Positions 58,165 through 64,000 of a stretch of DNA of 64,000 bases are shown one piece after another. The position numbers were made by a program, and so were the translations under genes. Numbering within the stretch: the stretch's first letter is position 1; the number at the start of each line of letters is the position of its first letter. The notes beneath the pieces are model-generated. The model did no database searches. It was not told the DNA's origin and was given only the letters and a program-made list of their open reading frames with translations. The stretch comes from Caulobacteraceae bacterium (GTDB lineage: Bacteria > Pseudomonadota > Alphaproteobacteria > Caulobacterales > Caulobacteraceae). The DNA is taken from positions 5,888 to 69,887 of the forward strand of contig DASYBX010000047.1 in assembly GCA_036500495.1 (NCBI GenBank), in the 5' to 3' direction.

Positions 58165-60047
58165 GCCGCGTCGCTGGTCACCGCCGTCGCCGCCGCGACG
58201 GCTGCACGCGCCTGCTCGATGAGGGCGAACAGCTCGCGGACGTCGATCGGCTTCTTGAGCACCCCGTCCGCGCCGGCCTGGCGGTAGCGCCGCACATCCT
58301 CTTCAAACACGTTGGCGGTGACCATGTGCACTGGCGTCCGCGCCTGGGGTCCTGGCATGGCGCGAATGGCCTGCAAGGCGTCGACCCCATCGAGCACCGG
58401 CATCTGCACGTCCATCAGGACGAGGTCGTAATCCGCCTTGGACACCGCTTCGACCGCATCACGGCCGTTCTCCACGAAGGTGACCGCCAAGCCGAGCGGC
58501 TCCAGCAGGGCCTGCAGCACCATGCGGTTGGCCGGATGATCCTCGGCCGCCAGCACCCGCAGGGCGGCTGGGGCGGCGGCCGGGCCCGGGGGTAGGGCCA
58601 CCGGCGCGTGGGTGACGGGCGGTTCGGCAAGCGCGAGCGGCTCGACCTCGGCCGCGACGGGCGACGCGGTGAACTCGGCCGGGAACTCCATGAAGAACCG
58701 GGCGCCGCCGCCGGGCGCGCTTTCCACGCCGATGGCGCCGCCCAACAGGGCCGCGTGGCCGGCGCAGATCGACAGGCCCAGGCCCGCGCCGCCCGCCTCG
58801 CGCCCGGCGGCGGTCTGTTCGAACGGCTGGAAGATGCGCTCGCGCTCGTCGACCGGCACGCCCGGGCCCTGGTCGGACACGTCAAGGCGAACCAGATCCC
58901 GGCCCTGATCCCCGCGCCTCACCACCAGACCCACGTCGATACGGCCGCCCACCGGGGTGAACTTCAGGGCGTTGGAGACGAAGTTGACCAGCACCTGCTC
59001 GATCTTGCCGCGGTCGGACAAAAGGCCCTGGCCTGAGGGCAGGGAATCCACGGCGAGGGCCAGAGTGATGGCCCGTTCGGCCGCCCGAGGGGCCCAGATC
59101 TCCACCACCGTCGCGGCGCAGCGGCCAAGGTCGAAGGGCTCGACGGCCAGCTCCATCTTGCCGCTCTCGATGCGGGTCACGTCGAGCACGGCGTTGAGCA
59201 GGCGCAGCAGCATGGCGCCGGCGTCCAGCACCCCGTCCACCAGGACGCCCTGGCGCTCGGTCAGCGGCTCGTTCTTCAAGGCTTCGGCCAGGCCCAGCAC
59301 CGCATTCAGCGGCGTGCGCACCTCGTGGCTGGTGATGGCCAGGAAATCGGACTTGGCGCGGTTGGCCGCCTCGGCCGCCCGGCGCGCGGCCTGGGCCTCG
59401 GCCACCTGCTCGTGCAGCTGCTCCTCGGCCCGCTTGCGTTCGATCGCCCGGCCGAGCACCGCGCCGATCTGGGCCATGGCCCGCAGAACGGACTCGTCCG
59501 GCCCGGCGGCCTGGAGGCAGAAGAATTCATAGATCGCCGCGGTATCCGAGGCGATCAGCACCGGAAAGGCAAAGGCGGCGTGCAGGCCGCAGCGGGCGGC
59601 GCTTTCCCGGCGCGGGAAGTTGTCGTCCTGGGTCACGTCGGGCGTCCACACCGGCTCGCCCGAGGCCAGCACGCGGCCGGGCAGGCCACGTCCGCGCCAC
59701 AGCGGCGCATCGCCGGTCGAGCGGCGAAAATCCTCGCGCTCGGGCCGGTCGACCCCGTGCCAGATGCCCGAGGAGTAGAGCTTCACCTGGTCGCGGTCGA
59801 CCCAGTAGACGTGGCCCACCGCCCAGCCCATGAACTCGCAGATGCGCGTCAGGGCGAAGCGCAGGGTGTCTTCCAGCGGCTGGTCGTCGTTGGAGGCGGC
59901 GGCGATGGCCTCGAGCAGGGCCAACACCTCCTGGCGGTCGCCTGGCCCGCGCTGTTCGGCCTGAAGCCGGGCGCGCTTTTCCTGCTCCAGCCGATCCTGC
60001 AGCCAGCGGATCGTCTCGAGCAGCTTGCCTTGGTCGGTAGTGGACAC
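58161..60047 (-). CDS. hybrid sensor histidine kinase (GAF - HisKA - HATPase - receiver)
   Basis: GAF-like N-terminal half, H-box FLAITSHEVRTPLNAVLG, GLGLSICAGHAALLGG, C-terminal receiver VLAAEDHPANRMV...LVLMDVQMPVLDG...KP. Confidence 0.9.
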   Translation of the reverse strand: MSTTDQGKLLETIRWLQDRLEQEKRARLQAEQRGPGDRQEVLALLEAIAAASNDDQPLEDTLRFALTRICEFMGWAVGHVYWVDRDQVKLYSSGIWHGVDRPEREDFRRSTGDAPLWRGRGLPGRVLASGEPVWTPDVTQDDNFPRRESAARCGLHAAFAFPVLIASDTAAIYEFFCLQAAGPDESVLRAMAQIGAVLGRAIERKRAEEQLHEQVAEAQAARRAAEAANRAKSDFLAITSHEVRTPLNAVLGLAEALKNEPLTERQGVLVDGVLDAGAMLLRLLNAVLDVTRIESGKMELAVEPFDLGRCAATVVEIWAPRAAERAITLALAVDSLPSGQGLLSDRGKIEQVLVNFVSNALKFTPVGGRIDVGLVVRRGDQGRDLVRLDVSDQGPGVPVDERERIFQPFEQTAAGREAGGAGLGLSICAGHAALLGGAIGVESAPGGGARFFMEFPAEFTASPVAAEVEPLALAEPPVTHAPVALPPGPAAAPAALRVLAAEDHPANRMVLQALLEPLGLAVTFVENGRDAVEAVSKADYDLVLMDVQMPVLDGVDALQAIRAMPGPQARTPVHMVTANVFEEDVRRYRQAGADGVLKKPIDVRELFALIEQARAAVAAATAVTSDAA

Positions 60048-60114
60048 TCCCCCCAGAGCCCCCGCAGTGGTCCGCTTTGGTGCGGACGCAGCGTTGTATC
60101 GGAGGAATCATAAC

Positions 60115-60136
60115 AACGCGTTACGGATAACGCGTT
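60115..60136. promoter_or_regulatory. two AACGCGTT palindromes 14 bp apart upstream of the hybrid kinase gene
   Basis: acAACGCGTTACGGAtAACGCGTTACGGAac. A tandem 14-nt unit, each containing the 8-bp palindrome. Confidence 0.35.
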
Positions 60137-60149
60137 ACGGAACAGCGAG

Positions 60150-61094
60150 TTAACCTTGGCGCCGAGGCAGGCGGGCGCGGACCGCTCCCAGGCTGAACAC
60201 GCCGACGCCCACCCAGATGAACACGAACGACGCCGCGGTCAGCCAGGTCATCGGCTCGCCGGTGGCCATGGCGATGCCGAACAGGGCCGTGGGCATGACG
60301 AACTGCAGGAAGCCCATGGTCGATAGCGGCAGCCTGCGCGCGGCGTGGGCGAACAGCGCCAGCGGGACGACCGTGGCCGGGCCGGTGGCCAGCAGCAGCA
60401 ACGTGGCCGGCAAGCCCGCGCCGAGGTGGCTCTGGCCGTGCAGGCCGATCCACGCGAGGTAGGCGAGGCCCAGCGGCGCCAGCATCAGGCATTCGACGAA
60501 CAGGCCCGCCTGCGCCCCCGCCGGCGCCTGTTTGCGCAGAACGCCGTAGCCCCAGAAGGTCGTGGCCAGGGCCAGGGCCAGCCACGGCGGGTGGCCGACC
60601 GCGAAACCCTGCAGGGCGACCCCGATGCAGGCCAGGACGATGGCGACCGCGCCCACGCGGCTGAACCGCTCCCGGAACAGCAGCGCGCCGGCGCCCATGT
60701 TGAGCAGGGGGTTGATGTAGTAGGCGAGGCTGGCGTCGAGCTTGTGGCCGCTGGTCGAGGCCCAGATGAACATGGCCCAGTTGACCGACACCAGGGTGGC
60801 GCTGGCGGTGAGCCAGGCCAGGGTGCGCGGCGAACGCAGGATGCCCAGCACCTCGCGCCCGCTGCGGGTCAGCAGCAGGATGGCGAACGCCCACGGCAGC
60901 GACCACAGGCAGCGCGAGGCCAGGATCTCCCCCGCCCCCGCGCCCTGGGCGGCCAGCGCCATGAACAGGATCGAGAGCCCGCCCCACAGGACGTAGCAAC
61001 CGATCCCCGAGGCGAGATCGGAGCGGGAGGCCGGCCGCTCCCCGGACACGCTCCGGGAACCAGGGTCCGGGAGCGCATCCGAGGCGGAAGTCAT
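60150..61094 (-). CDS. rarD: EamA/RarD family transporter
   Basis: 10 TM helices. GIGCYVLWGGLSILF and YYINPLLNMGAGALLFRER motifs typical of RarD. ATGA overlap with the asd stop. Confidence 0.85.
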   Translation of the reverse strand: MTSASDALPDPGSRSVSGERPASRSDLASGIGCYVLWGGLSILFMALAAQGAGAGEILASRCLWSLPWAFAILLLTRSGREVLGILRSPRTLAWLTASATLVSVNWAMFIWASTSGHKLDASLAYYINPLLNMGAGALLFRERFSRVGAVAIVLACIGVALQGFAVGHPPWLALALATTFWGYGVLRKQAPAGAQAGLFVECLMLAPLGLAYLAWIGLHGQSHLGAGLPATLLLLATGPATVVPLALFAHAARRLPLSTMGFLQFVMPTALFGIAMATGEPMTWLTAASFVFIWVGVGVFSLGAVRARLPRRQG

Positions 61095-62119
61095 GCCGGG
61101 GCGCGCTCCAGGAGGCCGCGTTCGTGCAGAAGCTGGGCGATCTGCACGGCGTTGAGCGCCGCGCCCTTGCGCAGGTTGTCGGACACGCACCACAGGGCCA
61201 GGCCGTGCTCGACGGTGGGGTCCTTGCGGATCCGGCTGACATAGACCGGGAACTCGCCGGCGCATTCGACGGGCGTGATGTAGCCGCCCGGCTCGCGCTT
61301 ATCGATCACCACCACGCCGGGGCTCTCGCGCAGGATCTCGCGGGCCTCGTCCTCGTCCAGCGGCGAGTGGAACTCGATGTTCACCGCCTCCGAGTGGCCG
61401 ACGAACACCGGCACCCGCACGCAGGTGGCGACGAGCTCGATGTTCGGGTCGAGGATCTTCTTGGTCTCGGCCGTCATCTTCCACTCCTCCTTGGTCGAGC
61501 CGTCCGGAAGGAAGACGTCGATCTGGGGGATGGCGTTGAAGGCGATCTGCTTGGGGAACTTCTTCGGCGTGGCGTCGCCGAGGCCGTAGAGGGCCTTGGT
61601 CTGGTCCCACAGCTCGTCCATGCCGGCCTTACCCGCGCCCGACACCGACTGATAGGTGGACACCACCACGCGCTTGATGCGCGCCTCGTCATGCAGGGGC
61701 TTCAGCGCCACCACCAGCTGGGCGGTGGAGCAGTTGGGGTTGGCGATGATGTTCTTCTTGCGGAAGCCCTCGACCGCGTCCGGGTTCACCTCGGGCACGA
61801 TCAGCGGCACGTCCGGGTGCATGCGGAAGGCCGACGAGTTGTCGATCACCACCGGGCCCTGGGCGCCGATCTTCTCGGACCAGGCCTTGGACACCTCGCC
61901 GCCCGCCGACATCAGCACGATGTCGACCTTGGAGAAGTCGAACTGCTCGAGGTCTTGGCACTTCAGGGTGCGCTCGGCGTAGGAGACTTCGATGCCGATG
62001 GATTTGCGCGAGGCCACGGCATAGATCTCGTCCACGGGGAACTCCAGTTCCTCGAGGATCGCCATCATTTCGCGGCCCACGTTGCCCGTGGCGCCGACGA
62101 CGGCCACCCGGTAACCCAT
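61091..62119 (-). CDS. asd: aspartate-semialdehyde dehydrogenase
   Basis: VAVVGATGNVGREM, active-site IANPNCSTAQL, GHSEAVNIEF. Confidence 0.97.
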   Translation of the reverse strand: MGYRVAVVGATGNVGREMMAILEELEFPVDEIYAVASRKSIGIEVSYAERTLKCQDLEQFDFSKVDIVLMSAGGEVSKAWSEKIGAQGPVVIDNSSAFRMHPDVPLIVPEVNPDAVEGFRKKNIIANPNCSTAQLVVALKPLHDEARIKRVVVSTYQSVSGAGKAGMDELWDQTKALYGLGDATPKKFPKQIAFNAIPQIDVFLPDGSTKEEWKMTAETKKILDPNIELVATCVRVPVFVGHSEAVNIEFHSPLDEDEAREILRESPGVVVIDKREPGGYITPVECAGEFPVYVSRIRKDPTVEHGLALWCVSDNLRKGAALNAVQIAQLLHERGLLERAPA

Positions 62120-62254
62120 CGCTGTTCTCCATCTCGACTAAGGAAGGCGCAGGTACGCCTTCGACCCGTCCTGCGCAAGGGCGCGGGCGTCACTGTGACG
62201 AAGGAAACCGCGCGAATTGATTGACTCCGTCAACTATCTACGCGTTGATCGCCC

Positions 62255-63199
62255 ATGGACCCGTTCACCGACCGCGCCCGCCGTTTCAACCGCTTCTACA
62301 CCCGGGCCATCGGCGTGCTGGGCGAGGGCTGCCTGGACTCGGGCTTCAGCCTCGCCGAGGCGCGGGTGATCCATGAGCTTGCCAGCCGCGAGGACCCCAC
62401 TGCGCGCCAGATCGGCCAGGCCCTGGAGATGGACGCTGGCTACCTGAGCCGCATCCTCACGCGCCTGGAGGCCCAAGGACTGGTGACCCGGGCCCCGGCC
62501 GACGACGATCGTCGCCGTCGTCGCCTCACCCTCACCGAAGCCGGCCGCGAGGCCTTCGCGGGCCTCGACCAGGGCGCGCGGAACTCCATGTCCGCCCTGG
62601 TCGCCCATCTGCCGCCGCCGGCGCTGGAGCGGCTGTCGAACGGCATGGCCGAGATCGAGGCCCTGCTGACGCCCAAGCCCTTGGCCCAGGCGGCGCTGCG
62701 CGACCGGCGGCCCGGCGACCTCGGCTGGATCGTCGAGCGCCACGCGCGCCTCTACGCGCAGGAGTACGGCTGGGACGCCCGCTTCGAGACCTTGGTGGCG
62801 CGTATCGTCGCCGAGATGACCGCCGCGCCCGATCCGGCCCGAGAGCGCTGCTGGATCGCCGAGCGCGACGGCCAGCGGCTCGGTTCGGTGTTCCTGGCCA
62901 AGGACGATGCGGAGACGGCGCGCATCCGCCTGCTGCTGGTCGAGCCGGCGGCGCGCGGCGCGGGGCTCGGCCGCAAACTGGTCGAGGCCGCGGTCGCCTT
63001 CGCCCGCCGGGCCGGCTACCGTGAGGTGGTGCTGTGGACCCACCGCGAGCTGCACGCAGCGCGGCGCATCTACGCCGATGCCGGTTTCCGCAAGACCGAG
63101 GAGTGGCAGCACCACGACTTCGGACCCGTCTCGACCGGGGAGACGTGGCGTCTGGTGCTCCGAAGGGCGTCACTCGAGACGATCGAAGCGGACTCCTGA
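62255..63199 (+). CDS. bifunctional MarR-family regulator / GNAT acetyltransferase
   Basis: N-terminal winged helix (LAEARVIHELA...ARQIGQALEMDAGYLSRILTRLEAQGLV...DDRRRRRLTLTEAG). C-terminal GNAT (LLVEPAARGAGLGRKLVEAAVAFARRAGY). Confidence 0.85.
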   Translation: MDPFTDRARRFNRFYTRAIGVLGEGCLDSGFSLAEARVIHELASREDPTARQIGQALEMDAGYLSRILTRLEAQGLVTRAPADDDRRRRRLTLTEAGREAFAGLDQGARNSMSALVAHLPPPALERLSNGMAEIEALLTPKPLAQAALRDRRPGDLGWIVERHARLYAQEYGWDARFETLVARIVAEMTAAPDPARERCWIAERDGQRLGSVFLAKDDAETARIRLLLVEPAARGAGLGRKLVEAAVAFARRAGYREVVLWTHRELHAARRIYADAGFRKTEEWQHHDFGPVSTGETWRLVLRRASLETIEADS

Positions 63200-63206
63200 A
63201 CGCGGT

Positions 63207-63377
63207 TCAGGATTTGCGGGCTAGGTCCGGCCGCGAGGCGAGGAAGGCGGCTCGCTCCTTGTCGGTGAGCACCTTGGCCTTCTTCTGCCTCGACACCTTG
63301 GGCGAAGGCCGCGCATAGGCCCCAGCCGGGGCGGGCGACGGCTTGAGATCGGCCAAGCTCTTGATGGGCGGTTTCAT
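63207..63377 (-). CDS. possible small basic protein (56 aa, not in ORF track)
   Basis: Own translation: MKPPIKSLADLKPSPAPAGAYARPSPKVSRQKKAKVLTDKERAAFLASRPDLARKS*. Mostly G/C-ending codons but no clear SD. Confidence 0.3.
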   Translation of the reverse strand: MKPPIKSLADLKPSPAPAGAYARPSPKVSRQKKAKVLTDKERAAFLASRPDLARKS

Positions 63378-63443
63378 GGGCGTTCCGAATCGAGACGCCC
63401 CAGAATAACGAGCGTCCTGTGATGATCGCGTGAATCGCCCCGC

Positions 63444-64000
63444 TCAGTAAGGCGGCGCCTTGACCGCCTTCTGCGCCCTGGCCGCTTCGGTCCACCAGCG
63501 CAGGTCGTCGGCGAAGCGTGGGAAGGCGCGAGCCAGGGCTTCGCCGCCCTCGCCGCAGGGCCGGGCCTGCTCGTCGAGCGTGGCTTGGATGTTGCCGACG
63601 GTGAGCGTGGAGGAGATCACCACCATGCCCATCTCGTTGAGCGTGTTGTGCCAGGCGTAGCTCGACCGCGTCCCCGCCAGGCGGCCGAAGGAGTAGCTGG
63701 CGATGGCGGCGGGACGCCAGAACCACTCCTCCAGGAAATGGTCGGTCAGGTTCTTCAGCCCTGGCTGGACGCCCCAGTTGTACTCGCCGGTGACGAACAC
63801 GAAGGCGTCGGCCGCCTCGAGCTTGCCGGCCAGGATCTCCAGCACCTCGGGCGCCTGGCCCTTGGGATGCTCCTTGTACATGCGGTCGAGCATCGGCAGG
63901 CCCACCGCCTTGGCGTCGATCAACTCGGCGTCGTCGCCCCGCGCGCGGAACTGCGCCACCAGGAACTCGGCCAGGCGGATGCCCTTCCGGTCGGACCGGT
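63444..64000 (-). CDS. NADPH-dependent FMN reductase family protein, C-terminal part (continues past window end)
   Basis: FVFVTGEYNWGVQPGLKNLTDHF motif. The reading frame stays open upstream of the track start (…RSDRKGIRLAEFLVAQF). Confidence 0.8.
   Translation of the reverse strand, partial: RSDRKGIRLAEFLVAQFRARGDDAELIDAKAVGLPMLDRMYKEHPKGQAPEVLEILAGKLEAADAFVFVTGEYNWGVQPGLKNLTDHFLEEWFWRPAAIASYSFGRLAGTRSSYAWHNTLNEMGMVVISSTLTVGNIQATLDEQARPCGEGGEALARAFPRFADDLRWWTEAARAQKAVKAPPY

Overview
This is a high-GC alphaproteobacterial chromosome segment. Gene content and order look most like Caulobacterales (inference from chpT, PhyR-NepR-EcfG-PhyK, ChvI-ChvG-HprK-EIIA-HPr, MmcB). It carries about 75 densely packed protein genes on both strands. 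I saw no rRNA, tRNA, CRISPR array, transposase, integrase or recognisable defence module, so this is core chromosome rather than an island. Main blocks, in order: tesA-like/ybbA/ybbP-like ABC pair; small housekeeping genes (thpR, yccF, citE-like, HIT, mdh); acnA divergent from ccmABCDG; a PAS histidine kinase; ald; an aminotransferase-like/aldo-keto-reductase-like pair; a CysG-like gene; cysQ; chpT followed by an orphan cheY-like/cheR pair; a Fur-box-flanked PepSY/TonB-receptor/PiuC operon; the general stress response (GSR) core phyK-ecfG-nepR/phyR; a run of small stress-type genes; sodB; mmcB; chvI-chvG-hprK-EIIA-HPr-CYTH/CHAD; ahcY; an orphan hicB; a serine hydrolase; a hybrid GAF kinase; rarD-asd; and a MarR-GNAT fusion. 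Many long ORFs in the six-frame track are antisense or frame-shifted shadows typical of high-GC DNA, and I did not call them. The observations I find most interesting are listed here. (1) Six perfect or one-mismatch EcfG-type promoters (GGAAC-N16-CGTT), plus two weaker ones, lie within about 10.6 kb around the GSR locus. One of the weaker ones fronts an ORF-free, terminator-ended, C-tract-containing transcript that looks like a GsrN-type sRNA. (2) A second ORF-free, strongly C-skewed, terminator-ended candidate sRNA lies at about 10.8-11.0 kb. (3) In one operon both encoded enzymes appear to have lost catalytic residues: a HemL-like protein with Glu at the PLP-lysine position, and an aldo/keto-reductase-like protein without the Tyr/Lys/His of the tetrad. 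(4) A 20-35 nt repeat family (CTCGAG-YAGCG-N-AGCGGTAGCGCA-like) is dispersed in more than a dozen gene junctions and forms 35-bp-period tandem arrays at two loci. (5) There are several striking operator-like palindromes and direct repeats. All motif alignments were done by eye, so each claim names the computation that would confirm or refute it.
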